A DNA stretch of 64,000 nt from an uncultured Lachnospiraceae bacterium. Its GTDB lineage: Bacteria; Bacillota; Clostridia; Lachnospirales; Lachnospiraceae. Shown piece after piece: positions 33,305 through 42,387 of the stretch (positions are counted from its first letter, which is position 1; every line of letters starts with the position of its first letter). The stretch spans positions 60,016 to 124,015 of the forward strand of contig CAJUQY010000001.1 in assembly GCA_910588815.1 (NCBI GenBank). Reading direction: 5' to 3'. Both the position numbers and the translations under genes were made by a program. The notes beneath the pieces were generated by a model. The model was not told the DNA's origin. It saw only the letters and a program-made list of their open reading frames with translations, and did no database searches.

Positions 33305-34351
33305 ATGGAAGAAAAGAAATATGAAGAACTGGCGAAGGCGGTAACGGCATGCCTGAATGAGGTCGTCCGCCTCAGGCAGGAGAAGGAGAGCCTGCAAAAG
33401 CAGATGGAAGCTGCGCTTCAGACCCAGCAAAAGCTTTTGTCGGTGGTGTCCAATACGGAAAAAAATCTGGAAAATTTAAAGTATGAGTGGAATGACCCTG
33501 GACAGGACAGGGGAAGTTTTTATTATCCAAGGTTTTACAAAATTGAAGAGACGGTGGAGATGCTTGTTCAAGACAGGAAAAGCCTGGCTCGCTTTGGCGA
33601 TGGGGAATTTGCCATGATGTCAGGAAAAGAAAGATGCCGTTTTCAAAAAATGGAGGAGGAGCTGTCGGAGCGTTTGAGGGAGGTCATTGCCTGTGAGGAT
33701 GACGGTTTTTTGGTCGGAATTTCCAATCAGTACGGTTCTCTGGAAGCTTTCAACTGGGAGGGGAAATATGGGATTCGCCCTTATATGACGGATGCGGTCC
33801 GGCGGGAGCACCGGAGGTTTTTGAATTTGGATCGCATTTATCACGATGCCTTTATCAGCCGCCCTTATGCCATCTATGCAGACAACAGTACAGACGGCCC
33901 GGGGCAAAGGTTCCGGAACCTTAAGCGGATTTGGAATGGGAGAGATGTGATTTTTGCAGAGGGGGCATTAACCAGGATGGGGGTGGGCAACGACCTCTTT
34001 GACAATGCGGCCTCTGTCCGGCGGATCGTGGCGCCGCCGGTGGATGCCTGGGCCTGTTACCAGGAGATTTTAAGTGCGGCTCTTCGGTTTGCGGGAGAGG
34101 ATGTATTATTTTTGATTGCCCTGGGGCCTTCGGCGGGGGTATTGGCTTATGACCTTTTCCGCGCCGGATATCAGGCGCTCGACATCGGCCATCTGGATCT
34201 GGAATATGAGTGGTACTTAAGGGGGACCGGCGGCCGGTGTGTGGTGGAACATAAGTATAACAACGAGCTTGCCGGAGGAGATCAGGTCGCAGATATTCAG
34301 GACGAGGCTTATTTGAGCCAGATTGTGTATGTGGCTGGTTTAACATGTTGA
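33305..34351 (+). CDS. DUF1792-type (GT-D fold, SP_1767-like) glycosyltransferase with N-terminal coiled coil
   Basis: 'LARFGDGEFAMMSGKE' and 'FLIALGPSAGVLAYDLFRAGYQALDIGHLDLEYEW' match my memory of the DUF1792 family. Not searched. Confidence 0.55.
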   Translation: MEEKKYEELAKAVTACLNEVVRLRQEKESLQKQMEAALQTQQKLLSVVSNTEKNLENLKYEWNDPGQDRGSFYYPRFYKIEETVEMLVQDRKSLARFGDGEFAMMSGKERCRFQKMEEELSERLREVIACEDDGFLVGISNQYGSLEAFNWEGKYGIRPYMTDAVRREHRRFLNLDRIYHDAFISRPYAIYADNSTDGPGQRFRNLKRIWNGRDVIFAEGALTRMGVGNDLFDNAASVRRIVAPPVDAWACYQEILSAALRFAGEDVLFLIALGPSAGVLAYDLFRAGYQALDIGHLDLEYEWYLRGTGGRCVVEHKYNNELAGGDQVADIQDEAYLSQIVYVAGLTC

Positions 34352-34368
34352 AGGACAGCGTGTCGGTA

Positions 34369-35154
34369 TTACCGGATGTCCTTCCTTCGATACCAGAAAA
34401 ATGCCGCCGCAGTTCCGAGGAGGGCAAAAGCCATTCCCACCGCCAGGTACGGGCCGTTTATGGTTTTGCCGGTGATGATGTCGGCGCTTTCCGCGTAGCC
34501 GAAGGGAGTGACGTATTTTAGGAATTTGGCCTTTTGCGTCAGGTTGGCGATGATGTTGACAAAATAGAAGAGCGCCGCCATTCCCAGGCCGATGGATGTG
34601 CCGCCGTTCCGGATAAAGGCGGAGATGCCGAAGCAGACGGCGGCCGTCTCCAGCTGGAGCAGGAAATAGGCCAGAAACAGGAGGGAGAGGGTTCCTGGAT
34701 CCGGCTGTTCGCCGATGGCCGTGACGGACAGCAGGGTTACGGCGATGACGGCGAGATTGAGGATCACGATCTGGATGAAGAGGGCGGAAAGCTTCTGTAA
34801 AAGAATGCCGGAGCGGCTTACGGGATGGGTCAGCAGGAATTCTGCTGTCCCGTCCTTTTCTTCCTTTGCGAGGGCCTGGATGCCGAGGAGGGCAGCGAAA
34901 AAGGCTCCGCCGAGACCCAGGATGTTTCCGCACTCCACCCCGAAAAAGCCCAAAAATTCTCCGAAATTCAGTTTATCCATGCCAAAGGCGGCGGAGAATA
35001 CGCCCATATCGGAGAACATTCCGCTGACCGCGCTCATCTGGCTTCCTATTTCCGGATAGATGAGTATGCACAGGGCGGTCATAGAAGCAATGATCGCGGT
35101 CCAGATGCACAGGGAGATCCTTCCCTGGCGAAGCTCGTGTCTCAGCAATGTCAT
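34369..35154 (-). CDS. ABC-2 type transporter permease
   Basis: Start at 'MTLLRHELRQGRISLCIWTAII', immediately after the ATPase stop. It has 6 hydrophobic segments. Confidence 0.7.
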   Translation of the reverse strand: MTLLRHELRQGRISLCIWTAIIASMTALCILIYPEIGSQMSAVSGMFSDMGVFSAAFGMDKLNFGEFLGFFGVECGNILGLGGAFFAALLGIQALAKEEKDGTAEFLLTHPVSRSGILLQKLSALFIQIVILNLAVIAVTLLSVTAIGEQPDPGTLSLLFLAYFLLQLETAAVCFGISAFIRNGGTSIGLGMAALFYFVNIIANLTQKAKFLKYVTPFGYAESADIITGKTINGPYLAVGMAFALLGTAAAFFWYRRKDIR

Positions 35155-35155
35155 G

Positions 35156-36079
35156 TCACGATTCCTCCTTGTCAGCCTCCGGCGTTTGGCGGCGCCCGTC
35201 CGGCGTGTAGTAGTGCATGAAGATTTCTTCCAGATCCGGTTCGGCAATGGTCACATCGGTCAGCGGAAGAGATGCGAGGGCGGCGAGCAGCTTTTGCGGG
35301 CTGCCGCTGTATAAAAAGGTCATGGTGTCGCCGTTCCTTTTGATGTCCCGGACAGCTTCCGACAGGGGCGGCTCTTTGAGCCCCCGGACTGTCACCCGTT
35401 TTGCGCCGGTGTGCCCCAGGTTCTCGATGGTGTCTGAGATAAGCAGCTGCCCCTCGCGGATCACGGCGGCGCGGCGGCAGTGCCTTTGAACCTCGGAGAG
35501 TACGTGGGAGGAGAGAAAGACCGTGGCGCCCTCCTGATTCCGTTCCTCTAAAATCTGATAAAACTCCCGCTGCATGAGCGGATCCAGCCCGCTTGTGGGT
35601 TCATCCAGGATGCAGAGCCGGGGTTTATGCTGCAAGGCGCAGACCACGGAAACTTTTTTCCGGTTTCCCAGGGACAACTCGCGGATCTTCTTCTCCGTAT
35701 CCAGCTTCAGCCGTTCACACAGGCGGGCCGCCTCTGACGCACAGTCCTTCCCGCGGGCTGCTCCCCTCAGGTCGGCGGACAGCTTTATGATCTCCCGCAC
35801 CTTTCGGTTCTGGTAAAAGGAGGCCTCCGAGGGCATGTAGCCGATATCGGCCAGGAGTGCCGTCCGGTGTGTCAAACTGTTTTTGCCGAAGATTTCTGCT
35901 GTCCCGCCGGTGGGGGAGAGCAGCCCCAGAAGGGTACGGATGGTGGTGCTTTTTCCGGCTCCGTTGGGGCCGATGAAGCCGAAGAAGTCTCCTTCTTCCA
36001 CGGTAAGGTTTAAGTCGATGATCCCTCTGGCTTTTCCGTAGTATTTTGTGAGGGAGGATGTCTGGACTGCATATGCCAT
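35156..36079 (-). CDS. ABC transporter ATP-binding protein
   Basis: Walker A 'GPNGAGKST', signature 'LSLGNRKKV' and Walker B 'ILDEPTSGLD'. I prefer the ATG at 36079. Confidence 0.85.
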   Translation of the reverse strand: MAYAVQTSSLTKYYGKARGIIDLNLTVEEGDFFGFIGPNGAGKSTTIRTLLGLLSPTGGTAEIFGKNSLTHRTALLADIGYMPSEASFYQNRKVREIIKLSADLRGAARGKDCASEAARLCERLKLDTEKKIRELSLGNRKKVSVVCALQHKPRLCILDEPTSGLDPLMQREFYQILEERNQEGATVFLSSHVLSEVQRHCRRAAVIREGQLLISDTIENLGHTGAKRVTVRGLKEPPLSEAVRDIKRNGDTMTFLYSGSPQKLLAALASLPLTDVTIAEPDLEEIFMHYYTPDGRRQTPEADKEES

Positions 36080-36268
36080 AGTCGTGGTTCCTTTCACGGT
36101 TGCTGTTTGGAAGCTGGCCGGTGTGGTTAATTCCTATTATAATCAATTTACCGTTTTTGGGAAGGGGTTAAGTATAATATTTTACTTTTTTTATAATTGT
36201 TTAGGAAAACTTTGGTGGAAACCAGGAAATAATAGATTTATAATAGGGACAAGGATGGGAGGGAATTT

Positions 36269-38116
36269 ATGCTGAAAGAACAGCTTGCGGTTGCAGAGGT
36301 TTTAAAAAATTTAATTCGGGGAAACACGAAGGAGTTCAGCCGTGTGACTTTTACGCCTCAGAAGCCTTCGTTTTTGCTCTTTGAAGGACCGGGGGAGGAA
36401 GGGCGGGAAGCTCTGCTGCCTGGGGAAGGGAAAGAGCAGAGGCTTCCGAGGAAAACGCCGGAGTCTCAGGGCATTTCCTCCAGACATCTGGCGGCGTTTC
36501 TCTCGGAGCTGGCGGAAAACCAGCGGACAGACCTCCATCATATTGTGGCGCTTCGCCACGGCGCGGTGATCGCCGAGGCTTCTGTGGCCCCTTATGCGGC
36601 GGGTATATGGCATGCGTCCTATTCCATGTGCAAGACCATTACGGGCATGGCCATTGGTATGCTTGTCAGCGAAGGGAAGCTTTCCCTGGACGACAAGGTT
36701 TTTTCGCTTTTGGACAAAAAAGCCATTCTGACGGGAAAGAAACATTTGACGGTAGAGCATCTTCTCACCATGAGTTCAGGTGTCACCTTCAATGAGACCG
36801 GCATGGTTTCCGGGGATGACTGGGTTTCCGGCTATGTCCAGGCTGGGATCAAGGGGACTCCGGGGAAGCAATTTGAATATAACAGTATGAACACCTATAT
36901 TCTTTCGGCTATTGTCACAAAGGTCACAGGAGAGACTTTGATGGAATACCTGCGGCCGAGGCTTTGGGAGCCGCTCGGGATCAAAAAAGTGTTTTGGGAA
37001 TCCTGCCCCAAGGGGATTAACAAAGGCGGCTGGGGTCTTTTTATCAACACGGAGGATGCGGCCAAGCTGGGGCAGCTCGTTTTGCAGAAGGGGAACTGGC
37101 AGGGCCGGCAGCTGCTTCCGGAAAAATGGCTGGAAGAGGCTGCGGCGAAGCATATGGAGACGCCGGAATATATGGGTCCCTATGGTTACGGCTATCAGGT
37201 GTGGCTCGGCGGAAGGGCCGGAAGCTGTACCTTTAACGGAATGCTGGGGCAGAATGTGGCGGTCTATCCGGATCTGGATATGGTGATTGCGACCAATGCG
37301 GGAAGTGACGAACTGTTTCAGAACTGTGAGCTTTTGGACGTGGTGCGGAAGTATTTTGAGGGGGATTTCTGTCCGCAGGAATTTTTGCCGGAAAGCCCGG
37401 GGGATTACCGAGGGCTTCTGGAGCTGGAGAGACGGCTGGCAGAGGGCGGAGGACTCTGGAAAAACGGAAATCTCGGCCAAAAGGGCCGCAGGGGCGGCAG
37501 AGGACGTTGGGGCTGCCGGCCGATAAAACGCAAGGGACTGCAGTTTATAGAAGAAGAGCGGATGAAGTGTATGCTGGACGGCCGGATTTATCGGCTGGAT
37601 CAGAGGCATGTGGGCTTAAGCCCGCTGATCTTCCAGGTGTTTCACAACAACTACACGGACGGAGTGCGGACGCTCGCTTTCTATTATGAAAGAAAGCATT
37701 TTTACGTGGCTGTGGAGGAAGGTGAGATTCTCAAACGGCTGGAGGTGGGGTTTGGCCATGCCGCGGTCACGGAAGTGGCGTTCCATGGAGAGCCTTACCT
37801 TTTGGGGGTGACGGGAAGCTTTGCGAAGGACGAGGACGGCCGCCTGGTTTTGAAGCTGGATCTGGCCTTTTTGGAGGAAGCCGTGCGCCGCAGGCTGAAA
37901 TGCTGTTTTCTGGAAAAAGAAGGGAGGATCGAGCTTCATTGGGATGAGACGCCTGGCGGAAGGCTCATCACAGAGGGGCTTGGGGCGCTGCTTCATGAAT
38001 CTTTAAAGAACGGTTTTATGGATATGATACGGGAGAAGGCCGGTGTGGACCTGCCGGCGCTTTTAGTCGACAGGACCATTCATCCCATTGTCACCGGAAC
38101 TCTGTGTGATTCCTGA
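36269..38116 (+). CDS. Serine hydrolase (beta-lactamase/transpeptidase-like family) with extra C-terminal domain
   Basis: 615-aa ORF with the SxxK motif 'SMCKTITGMAIG' and 'EYNSMNTYILSAIV'. Confidence 0.75.
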   Translation: MLKEQLAVAEVLKNLIRGNTKEFSRVTFTPQKPSFLLFEGPGEEGREALLPGEGKEQRLPRKTPESQGISSRHLAAFLSELAENQRTDLHHIVALRHGAVIAEASVAPYAAGIWHASYSMCKTITGMAIGMLVSEGKLSLDDKVFSLLDKKAILTGKKHLTVEHLLTMSSGVTFNETGMVSGDDWVSGYVQAGIKGTPGKQFEYNSMNTYILSAIVTKVTGETLMEYLRPRLWEPLGIKKVFWESCPKGINKGGWGLFINTEDAAKLGQLVLQKGNWQGRQLLPEKWLEEAAAKHMETPEYMGPYGYGYQVWLGGRAGSCTFNGMLGQNVAVYPDLDMVIATNAGSDELFQNCELLDVVRKYFEGDFCPQEFLPESPGDYRGLLELERRLAEGGGLWKNGNLGQKGRRGGRGRWGCRPIKRKGLQFIEEERMKCMLDGRIYRLDQRHVGLSPLIFQVFHNNYTDGVRTLAFYYERKHFYVAVEEGEILKRLEVGFGHAAVTEVAFHGEPYLLGVTGSFAKDEDGRLVLKLDLAFLEEAVRRRLKCCFLEKEGRIELHWDETPGGRLITEGLGALLHESLKNGFMDMIREKAGVDLPALLVDRTIHPIVTGTLCDS

Positions 38117-38172
38117 ATGTTTTTTGCCCTCCTTTGGCAGCGCGGGAGGGCCGGCCTTCCGGCTGCGGCGGA

Positions 38173-38604
38173 TTACAGATACTGCCGAAGATCTTCCGAC
38201 ATGCTTTCTTCCAGGCGGATAATGTTTGCGGCAATTTTCCTGGCATCGTCGTCGGCAGCGGAATATTGGTTCAGATAAGCGCTCAGAGATTTGATGCCCA
38301 TGTTGCAGCCGTCGGTGAGCATGGAAGCGATTTTTTTGTCCGAGTCGTTCAGCATAAGCTTCATGCCGGTCATGATGCGGGCGGAGAGCTTTTCCACAGG
38401 GCCCAAATCACCGCCGGATGTCCCGCCTCTGTTTGCCATAGTGTGAAGCTTGTCGCCGAAGCTTACGTGGGCGTCCCGGTACTTTTCCAGGCTGTTTTTG
38501 AAGTCGCGGTCATGGACAGAAGGCAGGAGCTGGTCCAGAGTCTGGACCGCCATTTTTGTCCCTGCGTTGCATTCTTTTAATAATATTTTCGTGTCGTCGT
38601 TCAT
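38173..38604 (-). CDS. Hypothetical helical-bundle protein
   Basis: 143-aa helical ORF. No motif assigned. Confidence 0.5.
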   Translation of the reverse strand: MNDDTKILLKECNAGTKMAVQTLDQLLPSVHDRDFKNSLEKYRDAHVSFGDKLHTMANRGGTSGGDLGPVEKLSARIMTGMKLMLNDSDKKIASMLTDGCNMGIKSLSAYLNQYSAADDDARKIAANIIRLEESMSEDLRQYL

Positions 38605-38784
38605 GATAGAATCCTTTCCTGAGATTGTAGTCTGCGCTCCGGCGGAGAGCGTCCGCCGAGTATAGCATGCCCGGAAAGGCGGTTCCTCATGCGGACGGGC
38701 GGTTTTGCCGATATTGTATTTTAAAAAAACATGGGGTTATCCTCTTCCCATTTCCTGTGTTTTGGTGTATTATATTATCTGCAA

Positions 38785-38832
38785 CTGCAAGATATAGTGT
38801 TTGTAGACGAGAATAATACCAACATATGGTGT
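38785..38832 (+). promoter_or_regulatory. Candidate tandem NrdR boxes upstream of nrdD
   Basis: The right half-sites tatagtgt (38793-38800) and tatggtgt (38825-38832) match the TATWGTGT half of the NrdR box. The box centres are 32 bp apart. The left halves are poor (4/8). Confidence 0.45.
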
Positions 38833-38852
38833 GACGGCGGGCGAGGAGAAAT

Positions 38853-41042
38853 ATGAGTGCAGAAGTAATGAACCGAGTAATCAAACGGAACGGGGAGGAA
38901 GTGACCTTTGATTTGTCTAAAATCGTCAATGCGATTGAGAAAGCAAATCACGAGGTGAACAATATCCACAAACTGAATGAATATCAGATTTTGGCTGTGG
39001 CGGACAATGTGGCCGACAGGATCCAGGAGTCGACCCATGCGGTCAATGTGGAAGATATTCAGGATATGGTGGAAACCGGAATCATGGAGATGAGGGGCTA
39101 TGAGGTGGCTCAGAAATATGTGCGTTACCGCTACAGACGGGAGCTGACGAGGAAGTCCAATACGACTGACAACGGAATTCTTTCCCTTCTTGACAATATC
39201 AATGAAGAGGTAACTCAGGAAAACTCCAATAAAAATCCGGTGATTAATTCTACCCAGAGGGACTATATGGCAGGCGAGGTCAGCAAGGATCTCTCAAAGA
39301 GAGTCCTGCTCCCCCCTGAGATCGTGCGGGCCCACGAGGAGGGGATCATTCACTTCCATGACACGGATTATTATGCGCAGAGAGAGCACAACTGTGACCT
39401 TATTAATCTGGAGGACATGCTTCAGAACGGAACGGTCATCAGCGAGACCATGATTGAGAAGCCCCACAGTTTCTTTACGGCCTGTAATGTGACCACTCAG
39501 ATCGTAGCCCAGGTCGCCAGCAACCAGTATGGCGGCCAGTCCTTTTCCCTGGCCCATCTGGCTCCCTTTGTGGATGTCAGCCGCCAGAAGATCAAAAAGG
39601 CAGTGATCGCGGAGAGGAAAGCCTGCGGGGAGCCTTTGGACGAGGAGATTATTGACAAGGTGACGGAGTGCCGCCTGAAAGAAGAGGTCAAGAGCGGAAT
39701 CCAGACGATCCAGTACCAGCTCATCACCCTGATGACCTGTAACGGCCAGGCTCCCTTCGTGACGGTGTTTATGTATCTGGACGAAGTGCCTGCGGGCCGG
39801 ATCAGAGAAGATCTGGCGATGATTACGGAAGAGGTGCTTCGCCAGAGGATGCAGGGGGTCAAGAATGAGAAGGGCGTGTGGATCACGCCGGCGTTCCCCA
39901 AGCTGATCTATGTGCTGGACGAGGACAATATCACCGAGGATTCCGAATACTGGTATCTGACAGAACTGGCGGCGGAGTGCACGGCCAAGCGGATGGTGCC
40001 GGATTATATTTCCGCAAAAATGATGCGGGAGCTTAAGATGGGCAGCGTTTATACCTGCATGGGCTGCCGCTCTTTCCTGACGGTGGAGGAGAGCCAGAAG
40101 AATCCGGACGGAAGCTACAAATTTTACGGGCGCTTCAATCAGGGCGTCGTGACCATCAACCTGGTGGACGTGGCCTGCTCCTCCGAAGGGGACATGGATA
40201 AATTCTGGGAGATTCTGGATGACCGCCTGGAGCTCTGCCACCGGGCGCTCCGGTGCCGCCATGAGCGCTTGAAGGGAACCGTTTCCGACGTGGCCCCCAT
40301 TCTCTGGCAGTACGGAGCCCTTGCAAGACTTAAAAAGGGCGAGACCATTGACAAGCTTCTGTATAACGGCTATTCGACCATTTCTCTGGGCTATGCGGGT
40401 CTTTATGAAATGTGCATGCGGATGAAGGGCAAGTCCCATACGGATCCGGAAGCAAAGCCCTTTGCCCTGGCGGTCATGCAGCGGCTAAACGATAAGTGCG
40501 CCCAGTGGAAGGCGGCGGAGAACATCAGCTATTCTGTGTACGGGACGCCCATGGAGTCTACCACCTATAAATTTGCGAAATGCCTCCAGAAGCGGTTTGG
40601 GATCATTCCCGGCGTGACGGATAAGAATTATATTACCAACAGCTATCATGTCCATGTGTCCGAGGAGATCGATGCTTTCAGCAAGCTGAAATTTGAGTCG
40701 GATTTCCAGAAGCTGTCTCCGGGCGGCGCCATCAGCTATGTGGAAGTGCCGAACATGCAGCAGAATATTCCGGCGGTTCTGACTGTGATGAAATTTATTT
40801 ACGGCAATATTATGTATGCGGAGCTCAATACCAAGAGCGATTTCTGCGAAGAGTGCGGCTATGACGGAGAGATCTTGATCAAGGAGCAGGAGGACGGGAA
40901 ATTGATTTGGGAGTGTCCAAGCTGCGGAAACCGGAATCAGGATAAAATGTTTGTGGCCCGCCGGACCTGCGGATATATCGGGACCCAGTTCTGGAACCAG
41001 GGAAGAACCCAGGAGATCAAGGATCGGGTGCTGCATCTGTAA
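38853..41042 (+). CDS. nrdD: Anaerobic ribonucleoside-triphosphate reductase (class III)
   Basis: ATP-cone 'VIKRNGEEVTFDLSKIVNAIEKA', Zn site 'CEECGYDGE...CPSCG' and the glycyl-radical motif 'RRTCGYIG'. Confidence 0.95.
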   Translation: MSAEVMNRVIKRNGEEVTFDLSKIVNAIEKANHEVNNIHKLNEYQILAVADNVADRIQESTHAVNVEDIQDMVETGIMEMRGYEVAQKYVRYRYRRELTRKSNTTDNGILSLLDNINEEVTQENSNKNPVINSTQRDYMAGEVSKDLSKRVLLPPEIVRAHEEGIIHFHDTDYYAQREHNCDLINLEDMLQNGTVISETMIEKPHSFFTACNVTTQIVAQVASNQYGGQSFSLAHLAPFVDVSRQKIKKAVIAERKACGEPLDEEIIDKVTECRLKEEVKSGIQTIQYQLITLMTCNGQAPFVTVFMYLDEVPAGRIREDLAMITEEVLRQRMQGVKNEKGVWITPAFPKLIYVLDEDNITEDSEYWYLTELAAECTAKRMVPDYISAKMMRELKMGSVYTCMGCRSFLTVEESQKNPDGSYKFYGRFNQGVVTINLVDVACSSEGDMDKFWEILDDRLELCHRALRCRHERLKGTVSDVAPILWQYGALARLKKGETIDKLLYNGYSTISLGYAGLYEMCMRMKGKSHTDPEAKPFALAVMQRLNDKCAQWKAAENISYSVYGTPMESTTYKFAKCLQKRFGIIPGVTDKNYITNSYHVHVSEEIDAFSKLKFESDFQKLSPGGAISYVEVPNMQQNIPAVLTVMKFIYGNIMYAELNTKSDFCEECGYDGEILIKEQEDGKLIWECPSCGNRNQDKMFVARRTCGYIGTQFWNQGRTQEIKDRVLHL

Positions 41043-41102
41043 AGGAATCTGCGGAAGGGTTTGCGCCGTGCCTGCGGGAGCAGGAGAAGAGGGTGAAGGG
41101 CA

Positions 41103-41621
41103 ATGTACTATGGAAATATCAAGGAATGTGATATCGCAGACGGACCCGGCGTGCGTGTGACCTTGTTCGTGTCCGGCTGCCGCAATCACTGCAAGGGATG
41201 CTTCAATTCTGAGACATGGGATTTTTCTTACGGGCAGCCCTATACGGAGGAGACAGAAAGCAGGCTTCTCATGCTTCTTGCGCCGGATTATATTCAGGGC
41301 TTTACCCTTCTCGGAGGCGAGCCTTTTGAGCCGGAAAACCAGCGGGTCTGCGTAAAGCTTCTTGCGAGGCTCCGGAAGGCCTATCCGGAAAAGGATATCT
41401 GGTGCTATTCCGGATATCTGATCGGCCGGGACATGATTCCCGGCGGGAGGGTTTATACCGAGGCGACGGAGGAGATGCTTTCTTACATCGATGTGCTGGT
41501 GGAAGGCCGGTTCGTGGAGGAGGAGAAGGATCTGACCCTCGTCTTTCGCGGCAGCAGGAACCAGCGGGTACTTAGGCTGGAAAAGGGAAAGGCCGTGGAA
41601 GAGCTATATCGGCAGAGGTGA
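41103..41621 (+). CDS. nrdG: Anaerobic RNR activating protein (radical SAM)
   Basis: 'GPGVRVTLFVSGCRNHCKGCFN' carries the CxxxCxxC cluster. The gene is adjacent to nrdD. Confidence 0.9.
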   Translation: MYYGNIKECDIADGPGVRVTLFVSGCRNHCKGCFNSETWDFSYGQPYTEETESRLLMLLAPDYIQGFTLLGGEPFEPENQRVCVKLLARLRKAYPEKDIWCYSGYLIGRDMIPGGRVYTEATEEMLSYIDVLVEGRFVEEEKDLTLVFRGSRNQRVLRLEKGKAVEELYRQR

Positions 41622-41759
41622 TTATATGGCAAACGACAGATGATTTTTCCGTCCGCTATATAAAACGTCCTGGGATGACCTGTGAAAAACAGGCTGTTCC
41701 GGGGCGTTTTTGCCATGTCAGGAAATCCTGTTTCCCAGGAGGAAAAAATCAGTGGGCGG

Positions 41760-41787
41760 TGAAACAAAATCTCTGTCTTATCCGTCT
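41760..41787 (+). promoter_or_regulatory. ECF-type (autoregulatory) promoter
   Basis: tGAAAC (41760-41765) - 17 nt - CGTCT (41783-41787), about 80 nt upstream of the ECF sigma gene. Confidence 0.45.
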
Positions 41788-41865
41788 TAATAATAGAAAG
41801 CTTTCAAAAACAGATGCCGGATAAGAAATGTTACATCAGAAGATACATGAGGAGGGAGAGGCGGT

Positions 41866-42387
41866 ATGGAGGCGGAGATTTTGGCTGTCCGGGCAAAATC
41901 GGGAGACGCAGATGCATTTGCGGCGTTGGTTCAGAGAAACATGAAGTCCATGTATAAGATCGGCCGGTCGGTTTTGAGAAATGACGAGGATGTGGCGGAC
42001 GCTGTGCAGGAGACCGTGTTGGCAGCCTTTGAACGGCTTGGGCAGTTGAGGGATCCATGTGCGTTCCACTCCTGGCTGGCAAGGATCCTGGTGAACAAGT
42101 GTTATGACATTTTAAGAAAAAGGACGCAGGTGGTTCCCATGGAGAACCTGCCGGAGGAGCCGGTGCCGGACGCAGGCTACGGAAATGTGGAATGGAAGGA
42201 AGCGCTGTGCTGCCTGGAGGAAAAATACCGTTTGATTTTGATCCTGTACTACATTGAAGGATTTAAGACGGGGGAAATCGGGCAGATTCTGGACATTCCG
42301 GAAGCGACGGTGCGTACCAGGCTTGCAAGGGGGCGAAAACGGCTGTTTACCATGTATCAGGAGGAGGCAGAGAGGAGACCGGTATGA
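41866..42387 (+). CDS. ECF-type RNA polymerase sigma-70 family factor
   Basis: 173-aa ORF with region 2 'DEDVADAVQETVLAAF' and region 4 'GEIGQILDIPEATVRTRLARGRKRL'. Confidence 0.85.
   Translation: MEAEILAVRAKSGDADAFAALVQRNMKSMYKIGRSVLRNDEDVADAVQETVLAAFERLGQLRDPCAFHSWLARILVNKCYDILRKRTQVVPMENLPEEPVPDAGYGNVEWKEALCCLEEKYRLILILYYIEGFKTGEIGQILDIPEATVRTRLARGRKRLFTMYQEEAERRPV

Noticed and set aside
39294-40439. 381-aa minus-strand ORF, with a nested 134-aa ORF
   Set aside because: It is antisense to nrdD, whose identity is unambiguous. The product is His/Arg/Leu-rich with no motif, so it is a shadow ORF.
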